Shown: in pieces, positions 11,314-20,687 of the stretch
Layout of the letters: each line of letters starts with the position of its first letter
How positions within the stretch are numbered: the stretch's first letter is position 1
Origin: an uncultured Nitrospirota bacterium
Lineage (GTDB): Bacteria > Nitrospirota > Nitrospiria > Nitrospirales > UBA8639
Direction: 5' to 3'
Length of the DNA: 64,000 bases
Assembly (NCBI GenBank): GCA_937139405.1
Contig: CAKZPV010000010.1
Span: 7,864 to 71,863, forward strand
Program-made: the position numbers and the translations under genes
Notes under the pieces: generated by a model
Database searches by the model: none
Told to the model about the DNA's origin: nothing
Seen by the model: only the letters and a program-made list of their open reading frames with translations

Positions 11314-12246
11314 TTGGATGTCATGGTAGCAAGTCAGAGGCGCGTACCCTTTCTGTCTGTCCTTCGTCGAGCGCTACTTCAGGTGGAAGGAGAAATTCGA
11401 TGGCACGAACCTTTGGCCCCACATACGTCTCTCCAAATTGGAGGTCCAGCTGATGTTTTCGTAATTCCTTCAGATGTGGAGGATGTGATTCGTGTAGTAC
11501 AGGGCGCACGGATGAGTCGCATTCCACTTATGGTGTTGGGTGGAACGAACGTGGTTATTCGAGATAAGGGGATTCGAGGCATCGTAATGCAGTTGAAACA
11601 ATTGACAGAGATTCGTGAAGAACCCAACCAATTGGTGTATTCGCAAGCTGGTGTACGGTTACCACGACTGATGCAATTTGCCCTTGGCCGAAAATTGTCA
11701 GGTATGGAATGGGCCGCTGGAGTTCCAGGGACAGTAGGCGGTGGTGTGGCAATGAATGCGGGAACTCGTTTAGGGGAAATGCAGGATATTTTGCAAGCGA
11801 TTGATTTTGTCACTCTACATGGAATTCGGAAGCGCATAGAGGCTTCAACCGTTTCATTTCTGTATCGTAAGACGATGCTTCCGAAAGGCATTGTCGTGGG
11901 GGCTTGGATGCAATTGACGTCCGCAGCAAAAGATACAATTCAATCTGCCACGAAACAGTATCTGCAGTATCGCAAATCTACACAACCGTTGACTTTGCCA
12001 AATGCCGGATCGGTTTTTAAGAACCCCAGCGGAGATTCAGCTGGACGTTTGATTGAAGTGACAGGATTGAAAGGGTTGAGAGTCGGTGATGCTGAGGTTT
12101 CCACGAAACATGCAAATTTCATTGTGAACAGGGGAGCCGCAACAGCAGACCAGGTCCTTCGATTAGTCCGTAAGGTTCAAGATTCTGTTGCCATAAAATT
12201 TGGAGTCGCTTTGCAATTGGAATGGAAGGTGGTCGGGGAAAGATGA
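11314..12246 (+). CDS. murB: UDP-N-acetylenolpyruvoylglucosamine reductase
   Basis: IGGPAD, GVPGTVGG...MNAG, NAGSVFKNP, KHANFIVN. Confidence 0.96.
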   Translation: MDVMVASQRRVPFLSVLRRALLQVEGEIRWHEPLAPHTSLQIGGPADVFVIPSDVEDVIRVVQGARMSRIPLMVLGGTNVVIRDKGIRGIVMQLKQLTEIREEPNQLVYSQAGVRLPRLMQFALGRKLSGMEWAAGVPGTVGGGVAMNAGTRLGEMQDILQAIDFVTLHGIRKRIEASTVSFLYRKTMLPKGIVVGAWMQLTSAAKDTIQSATKQYLQYRKSTQPLTLPNAGSVFKNPSGDSAGRLIEVTGLKGLRVGDAEVSTKHANFIVNRGAATADQVLRLVRKVQDSVAIKFGVALQLEWKVVGER

Positions 12247-12265
12247 ATGCGGGGATTGCTGCACA

Positions 12266-12307
12266 GGGAAAAGCGAAAAAGAAGAATAGAGGCATCAGAA
12301 AGAAACC
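12266..12307 (+). repeat. Purine-rich degenerate heptamer run (single arm)
   Basis: gggaaaa/gcgaaaa/agaagaa/tagaggc/atcagaa/agaaacc. Confidence 0.35.
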
Positions 12308-12351
12308 ATAACACATGAGGTTTTGGAGGCCATGTTGAAAGCCAAGAAATC

Positions 12352-13314
12352 ATGAAGGCGAATTCTTTACGCGTTGGTGTACTCATGGGTGGAGCATCTG
12401 CTGAGCGAGAGATCTCCTTGAAGACGGGTCGGTCTATTTGCGAATCGTTACGGCGTTGCCGATACACGGTTGTTCCCATTGATGTGAATGCCATGCTGCC
12501 TCAACAACTTCGTATGAAAAAAATTTCAGTAGCCTTTTTAGCACTTCATGGAGTGGGCGGAGAGGATGGCACCGTGCAGGGGTTGTTGGAGGTGATGAAG
12601 ATTCCCTATACGGGTTCCGGTGTCTGTGCGAGTGCCGTGTGTATGGATAAAGGCTTGACACGCGTGATTCTTCAATCGGCGGGAATTCCTGTACCACCCG
12701 GCGAAACATTACAAGCTCCACTGGCCCCAACTCGTCCAGGCGGTAATTTGGGTTGGCCGGTTGTCGTCAAGCCTTGCACGGAAGGGTCGAGTTTTGGTGT
12801 GTCCATTGTGAAAGATTCTTCCGGATGGAGGAAAGCGGCGAAGAAAGCTTTTCGATATGGACGGCAAGTCGTTGTTGAAAAGTATATTCCCGGTCGTGAA
12901 GTGGCTATTGGGGTGTTGGGAAACACGACATTTCCTGGAGTCGAAGTGATTGCTCCAGGTGGATTTTATGATTTTAAGGCAAAATATGGGAAGGCGGCAA
13001 CGCGCTATCTTTGTCCCGCCCCGCTCACCTCGCGATTAGAGCGATTGCTGGGGGAATATAGTATCCAAGCCTATCAGGCTTTGGGATGTCGAGGTGCCGC
13101 TCGAGTTGATTTTCGGATTCATCCCAATGGACGTCCTTATGTTTTAGAGTTGAATACCATTCCTGGCATGACCGAGCGAAGCCTGTTACCAATGGCTGCG
13201 GCGCAACAAGGTATGACATATGATGCTTTGGTCCAAGCAATGTTACTGGCGGCGCTGCCAAAAGGCAGGCGACGCTCAGGGGAATCGAAGAACGTGAACA
13301 AGGGAAAGATGTAA
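12352..13314 (+). CDS. ddl: D-alanine--D-alanine ligase
   Basis: GGASAEREISL, LHGVGGEDG, GSSFGV, RVDF, ELNTIPGMT. Confidence 0.97.
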   Translation: MKANSLRVGVLMGGASAEREISLKTGRSICESLRRCRYTVVPIDVNAMLPQQLRMKKISVAFLALHGVGGEDGTVQGLLEVMKIPYTGSGVCASAVCMDKGLTRVILQSAGIPVPPGETLQAPLAPTRPGGNLGWPVVVKPCTEGSSFGVSIVKDSSGWRKAAKKAFRYGRQVVVEKYIPGREVAIGVLGNTTFPGVEVIAPGGFYDFKAKYGKAATRYLCPAPLTSRLERLLGEYSIQAYQALGCRGAARVDFRIHPNGRPYVLELNTIPGMTERSLLPMAAAQQGMTYDALVQAMLLAALPKGRRRSGESKNVNKGKM

Positions 13315-14135
13315 TGGGTTTTGGCGAACTATTTTCCTCAAATCACCCTCGAAAAAATCGGCCTCACAAACGTGGAGAGTCTTTTGGGAAGAAAACACAA
13401 TTACGCAAAAAGTCTCCTACTCGGCGTGTGGTATTGGGGAGTCTTCTGGCTTGTCTGATTGTTTTGGTCATGATTGGTGGGCGCTCAGCAGTGCGATCAC
13501 TGAATGAATGGACAGTGATTCAACAACTTACGGTTGTCGGCTTAGATCGAATTTCGCGAGAAGAAATCATGTTGAAGCTTGATCTATCCCCGGATTCGAG
13601 TTTGTGGTCCATCGACACGGATCACCTCTCAGGTCAGTTAGAAGCGCATCCCTGGATTCGCTCGGTTACCTTTGATCGAGTCATCCCCCATTCCCTGGTT
13701 ATTGAGGTTGAAGAACGTCGACCGGCAGCGCTCTTACGAGCTTCGAAACAATCCTATTTTCTCGATGCGGAAGGATATTTGTTGCCTGGAGAAGTCACCA
13801 AGGCAAGTCAATCGTTGCCGGTACTCGAAGGGATGACATCAAAATTTTTTTCGCAGCAAAAGGATGAAAGCCATCGGCGGGCCAAACAAGGCATTCATTT
13901 AGCGGAAAAACTGGCTGAACATTTTTCAGGACGGCCCCAAGTGAATGTGTCTCATGCCCATACAACGATTGTGAATTTTCCTCGTATTCGGGTGCAATTC
14001 GGGCAAGAACCTGAACGCCAATGGGAACGATTTTTGGTCTTGTACCCAACACTCAAAGATTCAATTGAACGACGATCACAAGAAGTGGATTTGAGATTTT
14101 CTCAAAAAGTCATCCTTCGCAAGAGGACACTCTAA
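13314..14135 (+). CDS. ftsQ: Cell division protein FtsQ/DivIB
   Basis: Basic N-tail, single TM, POTRA-like segment (LEAHPWIRSV...EVEERRP), DLRF; lies between ddl and ftsA. Confidence 0.88.
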   Translation: MGFGELFSSNHPRKNRPHKRGESFGKKTQLRKKSPTRRVVLGSLLACLIVLVMIGGRSAVRSLNEWTVIQQLTVVGLDRISREEIMLKLDLSPDSSLWSIDTDHLSGQLEAHPWIRSVTFDRVIPHSLVIEVEERRPAALLRASKQSYFLDAEGYLLPGEVTKASQSLPVLEGMTSKFFSQQKDESHRRAKQGIHLAEKLAEHFSGRPQVNVSHAHTTIVNFPRIRVQFGQEPERQWERFLVLYPTLKDSIERRSQEVDLRFSQKVILRKRTL

Positions 14136-14138
14136 GCC

Positions 14139-15392
14139 ATGACAAAAAAAGAACACATTGTGGTAGGGCTAGACATTGGAACGACGAAAATTTGTGCAGT
14201 TGTTGGTGAAATTTTGTCTGATCGTTCCGTCAACGTCATTGGAATCGGATCCCATCGTTCGACCGGATTACGCAAAGGTATGGTAGTCAACATGGATAGT
14301 ACGGTGGAATCCATTAAGCGAGCCGTAGAAGAAGCGGAATTGATGGCAGCCGTCCAGATCAATTCTGTCTATACGGGGATTGCAGGCAGTCATATTGGCA
14401 GTGAAAGTGCGCAAGGGGTGGTGGCGTTGAAGAAGCGAGAAGTCACCAAGAGCGATGTCCGACGTGCGGTCGATACGGCTCGTGGTTGTGCTGTGCCTCC
14501 TCCGGATCGACAGATTTTACATGTTCTTCCGCGAGAATTCATTGTAGATGATCAAGAGGGCATCCGAGACCCCTTAGGTATCGCTGGATCACGTCTGGAG
14601 GTAGATGTCCATATTGTCACGGGTGCGGTGACCTCTGCTCAAAATCTTGCGCGATGTGTAAGCCGCGCAGGATTAGATGTTGTAGATATTGTCTTGCAGC
14701 CCCTAGCGTCGAGTGCCGCCGTGCTCTCACCAGAAGAGCGAGAGTTGGGTGTGGTGATGGTCGATATTGGAGGAGGGACCACCGATGTCGCTATTTGGGT
14801 GGAGGGATGCATTCGGCATTCAGCCGTGATCCCTATGGGTGGACATCATTTGACTTCAGATCTTGCAATTGGCTTACGGACCGCTCCAGAAGATGCTGAA
14901 AAAATAAAATTGCAATATGGTGTGGCGAGTAGTCAATTATTAAATGATGATGAAAATATTGAGGTACCGAGTGTGGGAGGGCGACCGCCACGGGTGATGC
15001 CAAGAAACATCGTGGCACAAATTCTCTCTCCTCGTGTAGAAGAAATGTTCGATATGGTGCGTCGCGAAATTCGTCGAGCGGGATATGACGGAATGCTGGT
15101 GGCAGGTGGTGTCTTAACGGGAGGGACTTCATTGTTACCAGGGATGCCTGAGGTGGCCGAGCAGGTGCTTAATTTGTCGGTGCGGTTGGGACGTCCATTG
15201 GGTGTCGGGGGGTTGAAAGATATTGTGCAAAACCCTATGTATTCCACGGCGGTCGGCTTAATCGTGCATTCCGTGAGTCAGGAGAACGAATTCGAAGTGG
15301 TGGGGGCTGGAGGAAGTAAGTCGAAAAAGCCTTCGCGCTGGGTGGGAGGAATGGTGTTTAAGATGAAGGGTTGGGTCATGAACTTTTTTTAA
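14139..15392 (+). CDS. ftsA: Cell division protein FtsA
   Basis: LDIGTTKIC, VDIGGGTTD, VLTGGTS, C-terminal amphipathic helix. Confidence 0.97.
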   Translation: MTKKEHIVVGLDIGTTKICAVVGEILSDRSVNVIGIGSHRSTGLRKGMVVNMDSTVESIKRAVEEAELMAAVQINSVYTGIAGSHIGSESAQGVVALKKREVTKSDVRRAVDTARGCAVPPPDRQILHVLPREFIVDDQEGIRDPLGIAGSRLEVDVHIVTGAVTSAQNLARCVSRAGLDVVDIVLQPLASSAAVLSPEERELGVVMVDIGGGTTDVAIWVEGCIRHSAVIPMGGHHLTSDLAIGLRTAPEDAEKIKLQYGVASSQLLNDDENIEVPSVGGRPPRVMPRNIVAQILSPRVEEMFDMVRREIRRAGYDGMLVAGGVLTGGTSLLPGMPEVAEQVLNLSVRLGRPLGVGGLKDIVQNPMYSTAVGLIVHSVSQENEFEVVGAGGSKSKKPSRWVGGMVFKMKGWVMNFF

Positions 15393-15478
15393 CCCATGGA
15401 GGGAAAGGAGAAGTCGGCATCCATGCCCCCTTTACAAATGGAATGGAAATAACAATGAGAATTATTTGTCACATCAGT

Positions 15479-15508
15479 CTGCCAGCATTATGGCAGGAAG
15501 GAGGTTCC
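15479..15508 (+). promoter_or_regulatory. 6-bp hairpin abutting a strong RBS of ftsZ
   Basis: ctgcca-gcatta-tggcag (15479-15496) followed by GAAGGAGG. Confidence 0.4.
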
Positions 15509-15509
15509 C

Positions 15510-16730
15510 ATGTTTTCACTTTCTGATGATGAATTATCTGCGATTAACATTAAGGTCGTCGGTGTTGGTGGTGCAGGCTGCAATGCTGTCAATACGATGA
15601 TTGAATCTGGCTTGAGTCGTGTGGAGTTTGCGGTCGCCAATACGGACTTGCAAGCGCTGGGACGTTCCATGGCTTCCTACAAAATCCAATTGGGCCCTGA
15701 GCGTGCGAGAGGTTTAGGTGCTGGTGCACGGCCGGAAGTCGGCAAAGAGTCAGCCATGGAAAGCGAGAACCAAATTCGTGATGCGTTAGAAGGAGCGGAT
15801 ATGGTGTTTGTCACGGCTGGAATGGGTGGTGGCACCGGTACCGGTGCGGCCCCAGTTGCAGCGAAGATTGCTCGTGAACTAGGAATTCTCACCGTGGGCG
15901 TGGTGACCAAGCCTTTTCAGTATGAAGGAAATCGTCGGGCCAGCTTTGCTGAAGAAGGTATTCGCGAATTAAAAAAACATGTGGATTCGCTGTTGATTAT
16001 CCCCAATCAAAAACTACTAGGGTTAGTGGATAAAAATACGCCCCTGTTAGAAGCGTTTAAGATTGCCGATGATGTGCTGCGTCAAGCGATTCAAGGCATT
16101 TCAGATGTGATTACCACTCCGGGTTTAGTCAATGTCGACTTTGCAGATGTTCGGACCGTGATGGGCTATTCCGGTCGGGCGGTAATGGGTATGGGTGTGG
16201 GACATGGGCCGACGCGAGCCGAAGAAGCGGCGAAGCTGGCCATTGCGAGTCCATTGCTAGAAGACGGCAGCGTAGAAGGGGCTCGAGGCCTCTTGCTGAA
16301 CATTACGGGTGGACCAAGTATGACGTTGCATGAAGTGAACGAAGCTTGCAATATCGCACGAGATGCGGCTGATCCACAGGCCAATATTATTGTCGGCCAA
16401 GTGATCAACCCAGAGATGGGCGAAGAATTGACTGTGACCGTGATTGCCACTGGGTTTGAACAGGCGGAATCAGTTTTGCGGTTCCCGAGTGCCCATCAGC
16501 CGACACTCGTAGTGGAACCAGTGAAGGCGCCAAGCTTGGTCTCGGTGAGTGGAGATCATCACGACGACAATGGTGTGGATGAGATGGATCGTCCAACGTA
16601 TTTGCGCCGGCAGGCTGCAGCACGGAAGGCCACTGAAAACGGGCATGGCAACGGGAATGGAAATGGGAGTTTGCTCGTGGATGATGATTGGGATGTTCCG
16701 ACATTCTTGCGGAAAAAATCCGATAGCTAA
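15510..16730 (+). CDS. ftsZ: Cell division protein FtsZ
   Basis: [18 protein letters not shown] tubulin signature, NVDFADV, C-terminal DVPTFLRK. Confidence 0.99.
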   Translation: MFSLSDDELSAINIKVVGVGGAGCNAVNTMIESGLSRVEFAVANTDLQALGRSMASYKIQLGPERARGLGAGARPEVGKESAMESENQIRDALEGADMVFVTAGMGGGTGTGAAPVAAKIARELGILTVGVVTKPFQYEGNRRASFAEEGIRELKKHVDSLLIIPNQKLLGLVDKNTPLLEAFKIADDVLRQAIQGISDVITTPGLVNVDFADVRTVMGYSGRAVMGMGVGHGPTRAEEAAKLAIASPLLEDGSVEGARGLLLNITGGPSMTLHEVNEACNIARDAADPQANIIVGQVINPEMGEELTVTVIATGFEQAESVLRFPSAHQPTLVVEPVKAPSLVSVSGDHHDDNGVDEMDRPTYLRRQAAARKATENGHGNGNGNGSLLVDDDWDVPTFLRKKSDS

Positions 16731-16759
16731 AGTTTAGACACAAGAACGGATTTAGAAGG

Positions 16760-17509
16760 TTGGTACCTGTGCACCCTGTGATGTCTAAAAACGGATTCAC
16801 GAGTGCCGTGATTCCCATTCCTCATTTCTTTGGTACACGTCAAGTGCCGGAAGGGTTTCAGACTTCGATTCAATTAGGGGAAGTGACCACTGGGCCTCCA
16901 TCATTTCCCTTTATTGCCAACTTAAAACAAATCCATAGTACCCGGGTTGTTATATTCGACAGCCCGGTCAAGACCGGAGTGATACCGGAGGGTGAAGGGG
17001 ACGCGTTAGTTACTAATCAACCACAATTATTATTGGTCGTTCGGACGGCTGATTGTGTTCCCGTATTGTTGATTGATCACAACACTAGAGTTGTTGGAGC
17101 GATTCATGCAGGTTGGCGAGGAGCCGTTGGCGGTATCGTCCCTAAGACCATTCAAGCGTGCGTAGAACATTTTGGTTCAGATGTGGCTCATATGCATGTG
17201 GCCATTGGTCCGTCGATTGGCCCCTGTTGTTATGAAGTTGATGCCCAAGTCATTGAGCCTTTGAAAATCGGCTATCCTGATTGGCTGGGAGTGCTTCAGG
17301 AAACGACAGCAGAGAAGGGCATGTTGGATCTCAAAAAACTCATCTGGCATCAAAGCCTTGCGAGTGGGATTCCAGAACAACAAGTCGATCGAATGGAGCA
17401 TTGTACGTATTGTCGTGACGACCTATTTTTTTCCTACCGTCGAGAGGGTCAAGTTAATGGAACGATGATGACTGGGGTGATGCTGCCAGGAGACAAAGGT
17501 CGAAATTAG
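16760..17509 (+). CDS. pgeF: Peptidoglycan editing factor PgeF (YfiH/YlmD family)
   Basis: QIHS, GDALVT, TADCVP, IHAGWRG, CCYEV, FFSYRR; follows ftsZ. Confidence 0.93.
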   Translation: MVPVHPVMSKNGFTSAVIPIPHFFGTRQVPEGFQTSIQLGEVTTGPPSFPFIANLKQIHSTRVVIFDSPVKTGVIPEGEGDALVTNQPQLLLVVRTADCVPVLLIDHNTRVVGAIHAGWRGAVGGIVPKTIQACVEHFGSDVAHMHVAIGPSIGPCCYEVDAQVIEPLKIGYPDWLGVLQETTAEKGMLDLKKLIWHQSLASGIPEQQVDRMEHCTYCRDDLFFSYRREGQVNGTMMTGVMLPGDKGRN

Positions 17510-17577
17510 AAGTCAAGAAGTAGAAGAAACCCTTAAGCGTTCGCCTCAGACTTTCTAAATTTCTTACTCCACTAACC
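17504..17577. repeat. Weak purine-run/pyrimidine-run inverted repeat at the pgeF stop
   Basis: aattagaagtcaagaagtagaag followed by cctcagactttctaaatttcttactccactaac; pairing is imperfect. Confidence 0.3.
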
Positions 17578-17619
17578 TCTTCCTGTGACTTAAGAGCCAA
17601 TCCTGTTTAGAATATATCT

Positions 17620-18342
17620 GTGTCGTCGTTTGATGAATCATCTGTTTCTGTAGATATTGCTAGCAATGTACAGAGTATTCGGCTCGGCATACGACAGGCC
17701 GCTCTTCGGGCAGGCCGAGACCCTTCCTCTATTCAATTCGTGGCGGCAACGAAGACAGTCGCACCTAGTGTGCTCGTTGAAGCCTATAGAGTAGGAGTGC
17801 GAATATTCGGAGAAAATCGCCTTCAAGAAGCCCAAGAAAAAATGCCGAACATTGGCCTACGTCAGGGACTAGCCTGGCATTTTATTGGCCGAATGCAAAG
17901 TCGAAAGCTGAAAGACATTGTGGGGAAATTTTCTTTGCTTCACTCCGTGGAAAGTGTAGAGCAAGCACATAGAATTGACACGGCTGCAGAAAAATTGGGA
18001 ATTCAACAGGATATTCTTCTTGAGGTCAATGTGGCCGGGGAGGGCACCAAAGGAGGATTTTCCTGCAAGGAAATGAAAGAAGCGATAGATCAGGTTGATC
18101 GGCTTCCACATGTTGCCATCCGAGGTTTGATGACTATTCCTCCGTTTAGCGACAATCCAGGGGGGACCAGACCCTATTTTTCGGAATTACGCCAATTGCG
18201 GGATTCCCTGGCACAACAGCGTCTCATTCATGGAGGAGTTGAGGAATTGTCCATGGGTATGTCTCATGACTATCAGGTTGCGATTGAGGAGGGGGCCACG
18301 ATGGTGCGGATTGGGACGGCTCTCTTTGGCAAGCGGGGGTAA
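17620..18342 (+). CDS. yggS: PLP homeostasis protein (YggS family)
   Basis: VAATK, FGENRLQE, WHFIG, LSMGMSHDY, VRIGTALFG. Confidence 0.96.
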   Translation: MSSFDESSVSVDIASNVQSIRLGIRQAALRAGRDPSSIQFVAATKTVAPSVLVEAYRVGVRIFGENRLQEAQEKMPNIGLRQGLAWHFIGRMQSRKLKDIVGKFSLLHSVESVEQAHRIDTAAEKLGIQQDILLEVNVAGEGTKGGFSCKEMKEAIDQVDRLPHVAIRGLMTIPPFSDNPGGTRPYFSELRQLRDSLAQQRLIHGGVEELSMGMSHDYQVAIEEGATMVRIGTALFGKRG

Positions 18343-18391
18343 TTTCAAGGTGTACAAGAGGAAAGTTATTGAGAAATAACAAAGGAGCGTC

Positions 18392-18691
18392 ATGTTTATT
18401 GCTGGAAATGTGTTAGAAGGTATCGCCACGATTTTAGATACAGTGCTATGGTTATATATGTGGGTGATCATTGTTCGAGCATTAATTTCCTGGGTGAATC
18501 CGGATCCGTACAACCCCATTGTGCAATTTTTGCAGCGGGTCACCGATCCGGTTCTGTATCAAATTCGGAAGCGATTGGGGATGGGAAGCATGGGGTTTGA
18601 TTTTTCTCCAATCATTGCTATCCTACTAATTATGTTTCTACAAATTGCTGTGGTAGGATCTTTGAAAGACGTAGCGATTCGTTTGCACTAA
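18392..18691 (+). CDS. yggT: YggT family membrane protein
   Basis: SWVNPDPYNPIVQFL..VTDP, DFSPI. Confidence 0.93.
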   Translation: MFIAGNVLEGIATILDTVLWLYMWVIIVRALISWVNPDPYNPIVQFLQRVTDPVLYQIRKRLGMGSMGFDFSPIIAILLIMFLQIAVVGSLKDVAIRLH

Positions 18692-18715
18692 GGAGTGCCG
18701 AGAAAGGGTCATGAT

Positions 18716-19264
18716 ATGAAAATTACGCCGTTAGATATTCAACATAAAGTGCTGGATACGCAGTGGCGAGGTTATCACAAAACTCAAGTCGATCAGTTTT
18801 TAGAAGAGATTGCCGAGTCGGTCGAAGAACTCACCAAAGAAAATATTGTACTCAAGGAAAAATTATCGGGGAAAGATGAAGAGCTCGGGCAGTTGAAGCG
18901 AGCCGAATCTACTTTGACTAGCACGCTAATTTCCACACAATCTTTCGTGGACCAATTAAAGCGTGGTGCGCAACGTGATGCAGATCTTGTCGTGAAAGAA
19001 GCTGAATTGAAAGCGGAGGAGATATTGTCTCAAAGTCGTGCTGAGCTCGTCGAAATGCGGCGAACAATATCTGGCTTACGGCAACAACGTGCGTTGGTGT
19101 TGGATCGTCTTCGTTCCACATTGAGCTCTTTTCATCGCTTGGTTGAGGTAGAAGAAGAGCCAGATACTGCTCTTGATTCTTCGATTGAAGAGCCAGAAGA
19201 ACCGGCAGATTCAGAAGGTCCACAATTGAATATCGAGCCCACCCCTCATCGAGAAGCGGGATAA
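18716..19264 (+). CDS. divIVA: DivIVA domain protein
   Basis: ATG at 18716: MKITPLDIQHK..RGY....VDQFL, then coiled coil and acidic tail. Confidence 0.9.
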   Translation: MKITPLDIQHKVLDTQWRGYHKTQVDQFLEEIAESVEELTKENIVLKEKLSGKDEELGQLKRAESTLTSTLISTQSFVDQLKRGAQRDADLVVKEAELKAEEILSQSRAELVEMRRTISGLRQQRALVLDRLRSTLSSFHRLVEVEEEPDTALDSSIEEPEEPADSEGPQLNIEPTPHREAG

Positions 19265-19286
19265 CCGTTTTCTGTACCCATGATTT

Positions 19287-20375
19287 GTGGATCAGACTGA
19301 TCCTATTACACGTATACTTCGTGAAGGAATTCAATCTAACGTATTCCCTGGGGCTGTGCTATTTGCCCGTCACAAGGGTCAAATACGATTTCATCAATCC
19401 ATAGGTCTCACATCAGGTCTTCCCGATTCCCCTTCCGTCTGCATCGACACCATTTACGATTTAGCTTCTCTGACAAAACCCCTCGTAACGGCTTCTTCTA
19501 TTCTTTTCCTTATTCAGGAGGGACGTTTAGGTCTTTCCCAACTATTGGGAACGCTTTTAGAAGAGACTAAACGCTTTCCCTTAGGACAGGTTTCCTTGCG
19601 AGACTTGTTGTCTCATCAGAGTGGACTCCCAGCTTGGCGTCCGTTCTATCAATCTTTTACTCCTGTTCTTTTTTCTGAACCAAGATTTTTGAAAAAAAGA
19701 AATCAAGTCGTGCTGGAGATGATTCTGAATGAGCCAATTGTGCAATCGTCATCGAAAACCAATGTGTACAGCGATTTGGGGTATATGGTGTTGGGATTTG
19801 TTATTGAACGAATGACCGGGCAATCACTCGCAGTGTATTCTCAAGAGCGAATCTTTGCTCTTTTGCAGGCAAACGAACTTTTTTTCGGCAATCAAAATGT
19901 TAGGGGGAATCGGTCACTCAAGATTGCGCCTACAGAAGAAGATCCCTGGAGAGCGCGGTTGTTGCAAGGGGAAGTGCATGATGAAAATGCTGCGGCACTT
20001 GGAGGAATTGCCGGACATGCAGGCTTATTTGGAACAGCACAGGCAGTAGGGCATGTGACCAAAGCTTGGCTGAATAGTTACTTAGGCCACCCAAGTATCT
20101 TCAGTCAAGACTTAGTCAGACAATTTGTACAAGCTCAATTTGGAACAAGTTGGGGGCTGGGCTGGGACACTCCCTCGCAACCCTCTTCTTCTGGTCAATG
20201 GTTTTCACGGGAATCATTTGGACATTTAGGGTTTACCGGAACTTCGATTTGGATTGATCCTATCCGAGAATTAGAAGTGATTTTCCTGTCGAACCGTGTA
20301 CATCCAACACGAGACAATCAAACTATCAAAGCCTTTCGGCCAAAACTGCATGATGCGATTATTCATGAACTCTGA
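19287..20375 (+). CDS. Serine hydrolase (beta-lactamase/class C-like family)
   Basis: DLASLTK (SxxK), YSDLGY, GHAGLF, FGHLGFTGT. Confidence 0.9.
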   Translation: MDQTDPITRILREGIQSNVFPGAVLFARHKGQIRFHQSIGLTSGLPDSPSVCIDTIYDLASLTKPLVTASSILFLIQEGRLGLSQLLGTLLEETKRFPLGQVSLRDLLSHQSGLPAWRPFYQSFTPVLFSEPRFLKKRNQVVLEMILNEPIVQSSSKTNVYSDLGYMVLGFVIERMTGQSLAVYSQERIFALLQANELFFGNQNVRGNRSLKIAPTEEDPWRARLLQGEVHDENAAALGGIAGHAGLFGTAQAVGHVTKAWLNSYLGHPSIFSQDLVRQFVQAQFGTSWGLGWDTPSQPSSSGQWFSRESFGHLGFTGTSIWIDPIRELEVIFLSNRVHPTRDNQTIKAFRPKLHDAIIHEL

Positions 20376-20461
20376 AGATCCATTTCAGAAGAGGATTCTC
20401 GCGTTACAAAATCTTTCCAAGAATAGCATCTTCGGTTGTTTAGAGTGCAAAGAAGGGGTAG

Positions 20462-20492
20462 TTGTCAATAATGAGAATTGTATTAATATAAT
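20462..20492 (+). promoter_or_regulatory. Putative sigma70 promoter for the CsgG-like/caspase genes
   Basis: TTGTCA at 20462; TAATAT at 20484 (spacer 16) or TATAAT at 20487 (spacer 19). Confidence 0.3.
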
Positions 20493-20687
20493 CTTTTGAT
20501 TAGAATTCTTGAATGGGTCACATACCTCTGTTATCTGCTCGGGGTAATTATAATGAGAACTCCTAACTATTGATTTGTTGAATCCCCTACTAGTTGCGGC
20601 GCGGGATTTTGATAAGCCTTCGGTCGACACAGTTGCCCTTTCTAGAAAACGTTTCCTTTCACCCCTTTCTGTTATTGGAGAACCAAA

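Noticed and set aside
12243-12311. 22-aa Lys-rich micro-ORF (MNAGIAAQGKAKKKNRGIRKKP) overlapping the murB stop
   Set aside because: Its basic composition is explained by the purine heptamer run; no independent evidence of coding.
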